From: Octopus bimaculoides | Lineage: Eukaryota | Assembly: GCF_001194135.2 (NCBI RefSeq) | Contig: NC_068981.1 | Coordinates: 62,912,492-62,976,491, forward strand | Direction of reading: 5' to 3' | Length of the DNA stretch: 64,000 nt | Shown here: positions 24,640-38,460 of the stretch, piece after piece | How the letters are laid out: each line of letters opens with the position of its first letter | Numbering within the stretch: the stretch's first letter is position 1 | The notes under the pieces: model-generated | Told to the model about the DNA's origin: nothing | The model's input: the letters and a program-made list of their open reading frames with translations, nothing else | Databases searched by the model: none | Program-made: the position numbers and the translations under genes

Positions 24640-25465
24640 ATATTAGTCCTACGGTTGGATCAACCATTTCATTTTATTTGAACACTCGATTCAAAATGCC
24701 ACACAGGCAGCAGAGACTACTCACAATACCCATCAAGTGTTTGCCAAGGGACCTGTTAATGAACACACAGCTCAGCGTTGATCCTTAAAATGTTGAAGAT
24801 GAGATTCCTAAAAATCGGGGAAATCACAGACGACTTTCTGCGATTGATGACGATCAATTTGGAGCTATTGTTGAAGCGGCCCCACGCAAAGCAAATTCAG
24901 AGATTGCATAACTAGATGTTAGCTATTCGACTGTTGTTCGATATTTTATACCACATTGGAAGTTCAATAGTATTCGACAAGTGGACGCCAAATGAACTGA
25001 GTGAAAATAAAAAATATAGCTATTATAAAAACTGCTCTATTCTTCTTTTGTTGAACAATAGCGATCCATTTCCTGATTCCATTGTGACAAAAATGGTTTT
25101 TATGTGACGGCATTCCAACTTGTGATTGGAGCAAAGTAAATAAGCAGAACTCTTTCCCAAACTAAAGATGTATCAGAACTTTATGGTTACTATCTGGCTG
25201 TTGCTAGTGAAATCAAGTACATCTATTTTTTTTATATCCTGGCAAATCCATTACAACAGAACCAGAAAATCAATAAAATGCGCCGTGAACATAAAATGTC
25301 GACTTCTTGCAGTGATCAATCAAAGAAGACCAATTCTTCTCTATAGCAACACCCAACTATATATAGCAAAAATTACTATGCAAGAACTAAATTCAACCTT
25401 ACTCAGTTAACTCCGCAGTCTTTTCTATAACCAGCTACCACTTTTTCATGCAGCTCAGTAATTTC
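24640..25465 (+). mobile_element. Degraded mariner (Mos1-like) transposase remnant
   Basis: Fragments VNEHTAQR, IDDDQ..AIVEA, DKWTPNELSEN (WVPHEL-like) and DPFPDSIVT. Confidence 0.75.
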
Positions 25466-25793
25466 CTCCAAAAGAAAGTTTTCAACAACTAAACAGCGGT
25501 TCAAAATATCTCTGAAGAATTAGTCGGTTGCAGAATTCTGGGGTTTTTTAAGCTATTGGATTAAAAAGATTTGTTTCTGTTTTTGGCAAAAACGTGTAGA
25601 TTCCAATGGTTCTTTCGATTGATATGAGATATGTTGCTTCCAAGTTGATGGTTAAAAACGGCAATTATTAAGCAACGGTTTCTTTATATATATATGAGCG
25701 TATGTGTGTGCACCCCTGCATATATTCATATATATACATATATATCTGTGTTTGTGTACATATATGCATACAAATTTTTACTCGTATATATAT

Positions 25794-25847
<54 letters not shown>

Positions 25848-26134
25848 ACATTACGACCTAGATAGCTAAGAAATAACTGATAAGATTAAGTATACAAAGT
25901 CACCAATCTTATAAATAAATCATAATGTAAATATTATGTAACATTAATTTTCTCAGTCTGTAAAAAAAGCGGGGTTTTAAGCATTAGATTTACGTTTCTT
26001 CACAACATATGTACTAATTCAAATTTGTGTATATTTCAAAGCTTTTTTTGTGTGAGTGGTGGGGGCATATTTTGTTTGGTTTCGCTTGTTTTTAATTTAT
26101 TTATAACCTGCATTAATATTTCTTACTGTTCTAG

Positions 26135-26264
26135 GTGAACGTATAATAAATAATAAATGTAAATCTGTGTGGACAAAAGAGGTGGTAAATTCAACTTTAT
26201 GTCGTTCCTTACCAAGGCCAGCACCTCGAAAGTTTAAATGTCCCAGGAAAGAATGTCCACCCAG
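26135..26264 (+). CDS. ADAMTS exon: TSR2 C-terminal half (GERIINNKC...CRSLPRPAPRKFKCPRKECPP)
   Basis: tgttctag acceptor, gtaagt donor, phase 1/2. Confidence 0.92.
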
Positions 26265-26556
26265 GTAAGTACATACACACACACACACATATCACTAACA
26301 GACAGACATAGATAGATAGATAGATATTCGTGTAAAATCATGCCTGATACGTTCGAGTACACTTGGACGTGAGATCTTTCGCTGCGAAAAGAGTCTCAGA
26401 GAAACAAGGTGGAAAAATAGTACTCGAATACCAGAGATAGAGTAATATGCTTTATTTAAAAAGCAACAGAAATAACACAGAAACTGTTACTCAGTTTCAC
26501 GTTCCCGTTCGTCGGACAACAGTTTTTGTGATATTTCTGCTGCTTTTTATTAAAGC

Positions 26557-26597
<41 letters not shown>

Positions 26598-26663
26598 TCA
26601 TATTTATATGTATATATAATGTTATATAATAATATTTATCACTGACTGATTTAATCCTTCTAG

Positions 26664-26871
26664 ATGGGTAGCAGGAGCATGGACCCTCTGTTCCAAGAAA
26701 TGCGGCACGGGAAAACAAAAACGCAAGCTCTATTGTAAACAGAAAACAGCTTTGGGTTTCGACAAACATATCCAGAAGGAACTGTGCCTTAAACTGAAGA
26801 AACCAGTACGTTCGCGTAACTGCAACAACCAGCCTTGCAAAGCTAAATGGCGTGCTAGTAAATGGTCTTCA
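26664..26871 (+). CDS. ADAMTS exon: TSR3 and start of TSR4 (WVAGAWTLCSKKCGTGKQKRKLYC...CNNQPCKAKWRASKWSS)
   Basis: ccttctag acceptor, gtaagt donor, phase 2/0. Confidence 0.95.
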
Positions 26872-27184
26872 GTAAGTAATGAAATGCATATGTTTATTGT
26901 TATATTAATTACTAAATATGTTCACGTTTGCGCTAAGAATAACTTAAATAGGTACTGAATTGACTACAAGATATCATAGGCTGTTGAGTTACCACCAACC
27001 AGCTGTGGTGTGTCAGCATTTACAAAGCCAAAAAGACTACCACGTTTATTTTCCTTTCTGTTTCAGATATGATAAAATCTAATCCCAGTTCTATACTGGA
27101 GTTTAATTGGTCCCGATCCTGATTGAGTCGACTTCATACATTATTGATCTCGCTTCTTTTTCTTACAGCATCATCAATAAATGT

Positions 27185-27338
27185 GTGGTAAGTAGATTGC
27201 TTACCAACCACATGGTTCCGGGTTCAGTCCCACTGCGTGGCACTTTGGGCAAGTGTCTTCTACTATAGCTTCGGGCCGACCAAAGCCTTGTGAATGGATT
27301 TGGTAGACGGAAACTGAAAGAAGACCGTCGTGTATATA
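27185..27338 (+). mobile_element. SINE family C ending in (TA)n (relatives at about 21912-22085 -, 33530-33660 -, 47330-47450 -, 56220-56390 +)
   Basis: caaccacatggttccgggttcagtccc...gggcaagtgtcttctactatagc...gacggaaactgaaagaag. Confidence 0.8.
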
Positions 27339-28457
27339 NNNNNNNNNNNNNNNNNNNNNNNNNNNNNNNNNNNNNNNNNNNNNNNNNNNNNNNNNNNNNN
27401 NNNNNNNNNNNNNNNNNNNNNNNNNNNNNNNNNNNNNNNNNNNNNNNNNNNNNNNNNNNNNNNNNNNNNNNNNNNNNNNNNNNNNNNNNNNNNNNNNNNN
27501 NNNNNNNNNNNNNNNNNNNNNNNNNNNNNNNNNNNNNNNNNNNNNNNNNNNNNNNNNNNNNNNNNNNNNNNNNNNNNNNNNNNNNNNNNNNNNNNNNNNN
27601 NNNNNNNNNNNNNNNNNNNNNNNNNNNNNNNNNNNNNNNNNNNNNNNNNNNNNNNNNNNNNNNNNNNNNNNNNNNNNNNNNNNNNNNNNNNNNNNNNNNN
27701 NNNNNNNNNNNNNNNNNNNNNNNNNNNNNNNNNNNNNNNNNNNNNNNNNNNNNNNNNNNNNNNNNNNNNNNNNNNNNNNNNNNNNNNNNNNNNNATATAT
27801 ATATATATATATACTCTTTTATATCCCCTATATAGTTATGTTTTACGTTCTAAGTTCAAATCGTGCCGGTGCTGACTTTTCTTTTCATCTTCCATTATCA
27901 GCAGCATCAGCATCATCATTTAACAGCAGTGACAGACAATAACAATCCTCTTCCACCCATTACAGATTTATAATCAGTTGTGATCTCGCGGTCGAGTGAT
28001 TAGCCCTGGCCATCGGCACAATTTGAAACATTAGGGAGAATTTGAAGTCAGAAAAAGTATTTTATTTTATCGGCCCTGGTTGGATGAAAGGCAAAGTTGG
28101 ACTCGATGCGGCTTGAACTCAAAGTACTGAGATCCAGAACAAATACCTTGAAGCACTTTATCCAGCAATCTAACGAATCTGCTAATTTGCTACTCTCAAT
28201 CCTTCATACGATAAATGAACGGACCTTCCAAAATGTGGTGTTAAAACATAGAATAAGGTTTTTGATCCAGAACGTTAAACTTAACATGCAAGTTGACAAA
28301 AGCTACACAAGAAGTGGTAGTGGTTATAATGGTGGTGGTGGTAGTGGTGGTGGTGGTGGTGGTGGTTTTATATGTTGTTGTTTTATTGCTCTTGATATTT
28401 CGTTTTTGTTCGTTTGCTTTTCTTTTCTGTCACAAATCTTCTTCGCTGTGATTTCAG

Positions 28458-28652
28458 TGTTCTGTTACATGTGGTAAAGGCTACAAAAGAAGACGTGTCG
28501 ATTGTATGCAAAAAGTGAACAGACGGTGGACGGTGGTGCCTGAGACTGTGTGTTCACACTCCCATAAACCTCAGTCAACCAGAACATGTAGAACCCGCAA
28601 GAAATGCCCCAAAACTAAAAAGTACCAATGGGTGGCCTCTGCTTGGGGTGAA
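28458..28652 (+). CDS. ADAMTS exon: TSR4 and start of TSR5 (CSVTCGKGYKRRRVDC...KCPKTKKYQWVASAWGE)
   Basis: gatttcag acceptor, gtaagt donor, phase 0/0; CSVTCG motif. Confidence 0.95.
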
Positions 28653-29139
28653 GTAAGTAAATTTCTTTTCTTGAATACAAACACACATACAAAAAATCAC
28701 AGCCATATCATGTATATATATATGAATACTTATATAAATAAAATACACAAACTCACAATATATGAATGTATACACACAAACACAGATGTATATTTACTGT
28801 TGAAAGCGTCTGTTGATAACAACGAAGTTGGCCATACTCCGTAAAAATGTACTTAACGCATGGGAAGTAGAGTTCGAGTGATAATTTAATATGATTAGAA
28901 CCTCCATCGGAGAAAGTTTACCATATATCTGCACGTGTATGCGTAGTCCTGGGCAAGATTTTTGTAGGGGAGAATGATAGTCGCCTATGCATGCAAGTTT
29001 CCTCGCTCTCCACATCACTTAGGGCAAAGGCCACCGTGTTAAGCCGATGCAGCTTCGCATCAGTGTCATCACGGATTTTCTTGTCACAACAGAAAGAGCT
29101 AGAACAGATGCCGCGGGACATCACACCCAGTTCTCTCAT

Positions 29140-29520
29140 CCTTAATTCATCACCAGATTTTGGTATTGGGAGCTACACCAATTGCCGAACTGGTTATCAC
29201 AACATAGTCCCGAAGGTTCCACCCTCCTTATTGAAAATCAGAACTACGTGCTACAATGTCTAGATATGAAACGCATACAAGTTTTTTAATATCTTGTTAA
29301 AGAAACCGAGAAATCCACATGACGTGGCTGCAGAAATATTAAAAAGGCAGCTGGATAATCTACTATCTGAAATTCATGATGAACCATCATCACGGCAAGA
29401 AACGTAGCTGAGGACAGCGACATCAAACTCCTTCCTTCACCAAAAGTTAAGAACTGCAGGAATACCACTTGCGTAGGTGGAGCTCCAGCATGGCCACAAC
29501 CCTTGCGTAGGCACTAATAA
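29140..29520 (+). mobile_element. CR1-clade LINE 3' end fragment
   Basis: PDFGIGSY..., FNILL..., KRQLDNLLSEIHDEP...TATSNSFLHQ match the CR1-type ORF2 C-terminus. Confidence 0.65.
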
Positions 29521-29522
29521 TA

Positions 29523-29568
<46 letters not shown>

Positions 29569-31177
29569 NNNNNNNNNNNNNNNNNNNNNNNNNNNNNNNN
29601 NNNNNNNNNNNNNNNNNNNTATATATATATATATTAGCAACAGTTTAACTCAGCTCCATATGACTTAGAGTTTCTATTCAATCTCAAAATTTCAACTGAT
29701 ATAGCTTGGAACTTCCTAATGCTAACTAAAAATATTTCCCAAGAAACCATAGGTATTATAAACTCTTCAATCTCCATAATGTTAGTTACTCTTGATTATT
29801 CAAAATCACTTCGGACGCCGCATGCTACAATAGACGTAAGCACGCACACATACACAGCCTCCAATCCCCACACCAGTCTGTAACTTCCGAAATTCTACTA
29901 ACTAACCACTGGGAGTATGCTACCTCTCAAAGGCTATATATAGTCTATAGAGCCGAACCACCTTCCGTTGCCATCACAAGACGTTAGACAGGTATGCAGA
30001 GACGAGAAGAAACCTATTTTCCTGTCTTGCTTCATATAGAGACTCTGCGACCATCATCATTGGCGTATAACTGATAGTGCCTCTTCTTATTCAGCTTGAA
30101 CTCGCAATTGCCGACTCGGTCTCTGCAAAAGACTTCACATACTTCACCAGCCTGCAGTATCCATAAACAGGTTGAATGAACTAACGTATAGTTGCCACTA
30201 GAGGCAACTAACAATCCAGATATACCACCCTAGGCCTGGCTGTCCCAAATGCAAGAGCAGGGTACTTAATCTCTACCGTCCGTATAGACTACAGTCCATC
30301 AATGTTGATCATCCAACATCACTTATAACCCTACACCATCAAATATGGTTACTCCCAAGTAATGATTGTTGCCGCTAATGTGTTAATACTCTACTGAACT
30401 ATGACTTGACTGGCGCCAACATACCATCCTATCATGTACGGTATCCAATACACGGAACTGAAATACCTAAATACACTATGCTGCAGCCTGCCACCAAAAT
30501 AACACCAGCATCCTGCCAACATTCTGTCCGAGCAAGTGCATCTAAAAATAATGAAAATAGCTGGTGTCACTTTCCCATTAGCCCTAACACCTAGAAGCCA
30601 CCTTGATTTTTTACTCAGATCTCTCACTCTTCTAACATTTCATGAGATGGACGTGTCCTACGCGCCCATGAAACTAAGCTGTGGAGCTAAGTCAAATTGT
30701 TACTAAAAATATATGTAACTCCTACCAAATGTCTAGAGTGTCACTTTCTTCCGTTTGCACACTCACACGTGTGACGGGTGGGCAGAAAATTGCAAGCTTT
30801 AAGTTCCATGTCGAAACAGTTGTGTTTCAAAACACCGCGTTTCATCCGTACATCACTGCACCAACCTGAAACACACCTGTTTTTCAGGAAACAATGTTTG
30901 CCGGTGTACGGAGTTGGTATGTAGCTTTTGTTTCAGATATTTAAAGCTCTACAATAGATTGAGTACTCAAGCTTTGTCAGACTAACGATACACGCTCACA
31001 CACGGACACGGACACACACACACACACACACCCATATATATATATACATACATATACGTGTACAAGCATATACACATGTATTTTGTATGCGTTTACATGT
31101 GTACATATAGGTGTGTGTGTGTGTGTGTGTGTGTGTACTTTTATATATGTACATATACACGTGTATGTATGCATGTA

Positions 31178-32026
31178 CTGGGTGCGGTGAATAAAATTGT
31201 CGTCTACATTACGCAAAAATGAAAATAACAGACATCTCGAAGATATATTTACCAAAATTACATAAAAATATCTTGAAATACTAAAGAGTAAATTTATTTA
31301 ATAAAATCGCCATTGCCTTCAACCACGGCCTCCAAACGACTTCGGATTCTCCTGCAACTACTCTTCTGGACGGTCTACTTTAAGTTGGTGAATGCTGCCA
31401 TAGTCCTTGCCTTCAGTTCATTTTTGGTGTTACAAAGAATTTAGTTGGTCTCTCACTCAACTGCACCCCACACATAATAATCAAGAGGCTTGCAGTCTGG
31501 GGATTAGGTGGCCAGATGTTAGGGGTGATGTGGTCGCAGAAATTGTCTGACAGCTATGACTGGGTTCTCCTGCTTGTGTGGAATGGTGCAGAGTCCTGTT
31601 GCCAAACATAGGGTCTTCCTCTTGACCCAGCACAGCACTACTTCCTCCAGGCACTTGATGTAGGCCTCCATGTGGAGTGTGAGGCCGTATGAGAAGATGA
31701 ATGGAAGCATAACGTCGCCATCGCTAGTGATTACTCCAAACACCATGTTATTGACTGGATGTTCGATTTTTATCACTCTCGATACATGTCCTCAGATTGA
31801 CACCCAAACACTCTGAAATGTTCGTATTGGAGAAACCGGCGCGAAAGCAGTACAGCATGTCGTTTCCAAATTTCTGGCAAAGTGAACAGCGTCATAGTGC
31901 TGCTTTTCTCACAGACGGTGCTCAACTGACCCTACTATACTGTGATGTCGATAAAATCAAAAATAAACAATGTGCATTCGCGAAATAAAAAACATAAAAT
32001 GGCGGCAATTTACTCATTGGACCCTG
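31178..32026 (-). mobile_element. Tc1/mariner-superfamily transposon (maT/DD37D-like), internally deleted
   Basis: TA-flanked degenerate TIRs (ta ctgggtgcgg... / ...ggaccctg ta). Minus translation MVFGVITSDGDVMLPFIF..Y..CLEEVV and a PPN.PDCKPLDYYVWGA-like segment. Confidence 0.8.
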
Positions 32027-33453
32027 TATATGAATTTGTACGTATAGATATGTATTTATTTGTATATATGTATATGTAAGTATGAATATATATACAAGTG
32101 TGCGTGTGTGTACATATCTTTTTTCTTTCCATTTATTCTTTATTTTGTCTTTTCTCTCTCCCTTTCTCTTGGCTCGTCGTCCCTTGTTATCTTTGTCTGC
32201 TCTAATCTATCTTTCTACTTACCTATCAAATTACTTATAAAATGTCTTGCCATATGTCCAACTGTAAGATAATGCAGTAAAATATTCTCCATTTAATCCG
32301 TTCCAGTTGCACTGGGACCATCCAGTGAAGAGTTCCAAACATCCACACTGGTGAAACGAACGTAGGAACAAACGTTATAAACGTCCGTTCAACGTCGTCT
32401 CTCACATAAACATATATATAAGTTTTTGTTCAAATATACATACATATATATATATATATATATGCCCACCACACACATATGTATGTGTGTAGTGCAATTT
32501 AAACCTTAAAATTGCACGACAGCGAGTAGTTAGAACTTCGTGTGTGTATTCCCGCTCGTGTAACTAAATATTTTACAAACATTTCCCTATGTTTTGTTTT
32601 AAACGTACGTACGTACGTACGTACATACATACATACATACATACATACATACAAGTGCTTACACTTTTCGTTTACTAAGCGTAGTGTGTCGGAAATATGA
32701 CCATAATTTATTCGTTGTGTTTTGTTTTCGTATTCTATCGCTGCTACTTAACTGAATTTGATATGAGAAAGTATCAGAGACGAAAGTCAATGCCTTGCAT
32801 ATGCACTGAAACTGAGAAAAGACGAACGCATCAATTTTAAAACGAAATGTTGAGTTAGTGAAGAAAATTTCATATTGATGAGAAATACAAGAAGCGTGAA
32901 GCTTTTGTACGGCTTCAGTTGTAACATTTTAAGAATTTAATCTATGAACGGAAAATTCTTCACAATATATTTTTAAATGGGTTACAGTTCTGTTTTCACA
33001 ATCACACGCAGTTGGCAAGCGGTGGCAGATGGACACATGCATACATACACACAGACACATACATACATACATACATACAATTTATATTTAACCTCACTTA
33101 AACGTAGATGCTCTGTTAGAGCAAACTATATTGCGGTAGATACCATGAGAGAAACTCTCATATTGGCTTTTAGGGTAAAATGCACTCTTGTTCATATCGC
33201 TAGCGGGGAGAAAAATCCGCGCTACCTCCAGCGACAAGACTACTAGTCACGGGATTTCGACCTTCCTTGGTCTTGTCAATGATGGACGCTCGACCGCTGC
33301 GGCTCATTTCCTTGCCAGCAATATGTAGATTGACAGTGCCAGAACAGTTGCTGGTGTCGCGATTAGCCAGTAAACTTCGTTATATATATATATAATTCTT
33401 TAATTCTTTGAAATGTTTCAGCTTTAAAGCTGCGGTCATGCTAGGGCACCACC

Positions 33454-33489
<36 letters not shown>

Positions 33490-34465
33490 GGTGGTGCCCT
33501 AGCACACACACTCACGCACGTGCGTCGGTCTTCTTTCAATTTCCGTCTGCCACATTCTGACCTATTGTTGGAGACATTTAATCCAAGGTTCCATCAATGG
33601 AATTGAACTCAAGACCACATGGTTGAGAAGCAATCTTCTTAACCACACAACTACAACTGCGCCTGTTCCTGGAAAAAAAAATATGGTATTAACATGACTG
33701 AAACACCTTTACTCAAGCAGTGTTAACTGAAGCTAAAAACAACAGAAGCATACATATGTCGACCTGTCTGTCGATATTTTAATATAACTTCAGGTAATAC
33801 ATTTCTGAATCACAATATAAGATCTAAAAAGAACCCGTTCATAATATGCTGACAATCTACCATTTATATCACACAGATTGCGTGATTTATTCTTCCAAAT
33901 TATATAAATACTATTGTCACAATACTGCTTTGTAGAACACAGCTTCTATCAAATATATATATCAAATAATATCAAAGATCTTTTGTCATGTAATCATAAA
34001 CGAATCCATACCACCAGGAGATAAGTGTCAGATGTAAATACAAAAACAAATGAAAGAAATGTATAGATATTCGTGCGCTTATTACATTGTACTGATGTAG
34101 TTATCACTCCAATATTGTATATACATAATGAAACTGGAACAATGTATACACAAAGCGATTTAGATAAATTTCTATCTACATATATTCATTCGTCTGTCAA
34201 AAACATTATACACAAACACACTGCTTATCTTTCCTGAACAACGTATACACAGATGTGATCTACGAATCAGCTCATAAAGCTATTTTCTTACCTCTATCCA
34301 ACTATCTATCCCTCTCTCCATTGGCTCGGGAACTGGGTGTGCAGGGGGTGCAGATATACTCGCGAAACTTTAGGCGGTGGTGGCGCAAGGAAAACGCTTT
34401 GAACATCCTCCTGGTAAACTGGGTTTGCATCCCCTAAGCAAATTTCGTTCCTGCATGTATTTCTT

Positions 34466-34516
<51 letters not shown>

Positions 34517-34945
34517 GCACATTTGTACAGTTTAACATCACACACGCACACACACACATTTGTACAGTTTAACATCACACACACATACACATAGTTTCCG
34601 TTTATCAAGTTTAGTCACACGGTTTCGGTCGCCCGAAATTGTGAAATGGACTTCTTAGCCACGCAGTCGTGCTTGCGCTGATAGATAGATATTATCTTTT
34701 CTACTCTAGGCGCAAGGCCCNNNNNNNNNNNNNNNNNNNNNNNNNNNNNNNNNNNNNNNNNNNNNNNNNNNNNNNNNNNNNNNNNNNNNNNNNNNNNNNN
34801 NNNNNNNNNNNNNNNNNNNNNNNNNNNNNNNNNNNNNNNNNNNNNNNNNNNNNNNNNNNNNNNNNNNNNNNNNNNNNNNNNNNNNNNNNNNNNNNNNNNN
34901 NNNNNNNNNNNNNNNNNNNNNNNNNNNNNNNNNNNNNNNNNNNNN

Positions 34946-35209
34946 ACGAAATACCGCTAAGCATGCTAAAATTTCTTATTTCTTTATTGCCCACAAGGGG
35001 ACAAACATAGAGGGGACAAACAAGGACAGACAAACGGATCAAGTCGATTACAACGACCCAGTGCGTAACTGGTACTTAATTTATCGACCCCGAAAGGATG
35101 AAAGGTAAAGTCGACCTCGGCGGAATTTGAACTCAGAACGTAACGGCAGAAGAAATATCGCTAAGCATTTCGCCCGGCGTGCTAACGTTTCTGCCAGCTC
35201 GCCGCCTTA
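34946..35209 (-). mobile_element. SINE family A copy, well conserved, with a LINE-like 3' tail
   Basis: Reverse-complement match; tail ...ttgtctgtccttgt...ttgtgggcaataaag. Confidence 0.9.
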
Positions 35210-36522
35210 GATAGATATTATCAGCAAATAGTTACAGATATTATAAGAGAGAGAACGGGGAGGGAAATACAGATATTATGCATGTTTGTGTACTATGTAT
35301 TTCTGTATCGATTGATGTGTTTTCTAATTTAGTGTTCAAAATCTTGTGGCTACGGCGGTTTGCAAAGGAAAATCCTTCGATGCGCGAGATATGATAGGAA
35401 AACAAATAGCCTGACACCAAAGCCGAATAAAAACTGCCAACATATTCCCAAACCGAAAATGATTCTAACAAGAAAATGTGCTCAGCAAAAGGAATGTAGC
35501 AAATGGACCGTATCGAGTTGGACACGTGTAAGTAGACTACTGAATATTATTGTAATGAGCTTATAATTTGCTTGGTTGTTTTTGTCTTGGCAGATAACTT
35601 CGCGTGGAGATCAGATTATATGCTAAATTTAATATTTAGGTACTTAAATACGTTTATACCTTACGTATGTGCGTGCGAATATGCGTGCTGACGTGCGTAT
35701 CTGATGCATTCAGCTGAGAAGTATTCCGCTTGACACGAGGGTTTATCTGAGATTAAGGAGTGAAAAATAAAACGCAATATTAGAAGTTTAGAAGCTGTTG
35801 CTTTTATTGTTGTTGCTTAACCCCTGCTGCTCCGCTCAAGCAGACTTGTGTTTAAGTTTATTCCAACTATGATCGCCTCATCTTATTATTAGGCATAGTT
35901 CCTCCAAGACGATGTGCTCCAGGATGATGTGTTTCTCTCCTTCTTTTTAAAGCCGGTAAGATCAAATTAGAGGGAAATTTAACTGCTATTTCTGGTTGAT
36001 CGGACGATCATTGGGAGGTTCCTTTATATAGAGGATTCTTTGTTGTAGTTCTTGCTATGGTGATGGTGATGGTGATGGTCTGTAATTTACTAAATTGTCA
36101 GTAAATGGCGAAACCTCCAAGCTCAGCTCACAAGGAGAGTTGAATTTAACACTGATAATCCTTTCCATTATAGACTATATGCATTTAACAGGCTATAAAA
36201 TAATATTTTGCTTAAGTTATATATTCCGATTGACATGCAGTGTGGAAAAGTGGGGACAATAATTTTATATATATATATATATATATAATAATACAAATGA
36301 TATATGAGCATATGCATGTATACATACATATATGTACATACCTACATCTACATGTATATATAGATGCATATCCGGGTACAGGACGTGAGAAAAGTGAACG
36401 GGGACATAAAAAACACAAACGGACTTTGCTTACAAACAACAGAACGAACACATAGGAAAACAGACGAGCCACTTATGGAATTATTCCTTCATCAGCTGCC
36501 TCTGTTCTAAACTAGGCGTTTC

Positions 36523-36562
<40 letters not shown>

Positions 36563-37131
36563 GTGTGTGTGTTTGTGTGTGTTAGTTTAAAGGTGTGCAT
36601 GAGTATGTTTTGTTATGTTGTCTATTCTCATAAAAGAGACATCAGACATGATCAACGGCATCCCAGTTGTGACCATCTCTTCTTTTCAGTATATCAGGAA
36701 TACAGCCAAGACCGTCTTTACATCATAAGCTCCCGGGAAAAAGAATACGCTGGAGCCCCTATATATGCAACCACAGTATATATATAGCGATTAGTATCGG
36801 GTCTGGAGGCACCTAAGATCGCAGAGATCCCAGGCAGTTGCCCAGCAGGCCCATGTTTTAACACTTTCGTTATTTCATTTCTGTTGAAATACAATGCCTT
36901 TGTTTTAATTAATCTTGAAAATAATGAAGAATTTAGTAAAATAATCGAGTCCTTATTTAGCTGGTATTTGGAATAAACTGTATTTCATGACAAAAAAGAT
37001 CCACGACCATATTAGCCGCGCTTCCAATTTCAACAGCGCAGATTCAAGAAAAGGGGTTTGGTACGTTAAAGCATGTACTTAAAGCAATCTTGCACGACAT
37101 TGCAAAGGTACCTTAGCTATATGGACTAGAT

Positions 37132-37342
37132 CAGGGGTTTTCAAACTTTTTGACTTGCGGACCCCTTTATATATCAGGCTTTACTTTACAGTATTTAACA
37201 AATAGGTTTATTGTCAATTAAAAGATTTCGATTAAAAAACATATAATATCAAATTGCCCATAAAAAGTATTTGCTGTCCACGGACCTACTGTCTTGTCTT
37301 TGCGGACCCCCTGTGGTCCGCGGACCAGTTTGAAAACCCCTT
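37132..37342. mobile_element. hAT (Charlie-type) MITE
   Basis: TIRs caggggttttcaaact / agtttgaaaacccctt; 8-bp TSD GACTAGAT on both sides. Confidence 0.9.
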
Positions 37343-38069
37343 GACTAGATAAAAGAGACCATCTGGATTAAAATTAGCCCATGGTAATGAGCATCAGGGA
37401 CAAAATTAGCTTATAGGAGGCCCAACTTATCATACAGGACTCGGGGTAATCTTTTGGAACATTATTTTTTGTTTTGGTTTTTGAGTCATTACATACGGTA
37501 AATCAACATGAAATTTTGACGGTAGGTTTTAAGATAATTTTAAACAGGAAGTTTGTACCATAGAACCAGTGGGGTTTTCAGACGGGTTGTTATCAAAAGG
37601 ATAATATGGTGTTGAATATAATCTACAATAACCTTTTTTTCTTTTTTTTTTCAAGAGCAGTGCTGATTTCATTTGCGTGATATGTGTGCAAATCATGAGC
37701 GTTAAATGCTGAAAATGAAAAACCAGATCATGGCTTGTGTAATGAAATGTTATTAAAAAAAAAAAACGCTTTGCATTCCACATACAGAATATCGAACTAA
37801 CACACGAGAGTGCTGGGAAAGAATTTGATGACGGACTGTGAGCCACTAAACTCTTCTGTCAATTGTTAAAAGGCAGAAAATAGAGTAGCTTGGTCATATA
37901 ACATGACACCATCACACCCTACTTCTAGTGAATACGATCAGCCATGGACAAAGCCCAGTGTGTAACGATTTCAAACTACCTCCATCTACTTCGCCTTACC
38001 TTCTTGGTAACTTGAAGTCATGTGGGGAAGGAAATCGATTTCAAATTACGCCTGCTTAGTAGCTGGAAG

Positions 38070-38416
38070 ATAATTGCTACAACTAGTACTGCTGCTACTA
38101 CTACTACTACTATGACCACCACCACCCACTTATCCAGCCACAATCACTACGACGATCACTATTGCTATTACGATTACTGACTACGACAACCACTATCACA
38201 ACAAACAACCATCACAACTGTCACTAACTATAACTAAGACTACCAATACTACTACAGGTACTACTATCACCATCCTCACCCCTCCTACTTCTACAAGGAC
38301 CATCACAACCACCATCACAGCTGCTACTACTACAACTACTGCTACTGTTAGTAGCACTACTACTGTTAGTAGCACTACTACTCTCAAGATATTTATTGTA
38401 TTACATCCCTGCTGTA

Positions 38417-38448
<32 letters not shown>

Positions 38449-38460
38449 ATGGTGTTGGTA
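38070..38460. repeat. Degenerate (ACT)n/(AGT)n trinucleotide microsatellite
   Basis: ctactact / gtagtagta runs. Confidence 0.85.

Noticed and set aside
28097-28477. Gly-rich ORF
   Set aside because: (GGT)n tract and SINE remnant in the intron before exon 28458.
36480-36530. Hammerhead ribozyme (CUGAUGA and GAAAC on minus; similar near 47985-48025)
   Set aside because: Core motifs are present, but I could not build the required stems I and II; at most a degenerate remnant.
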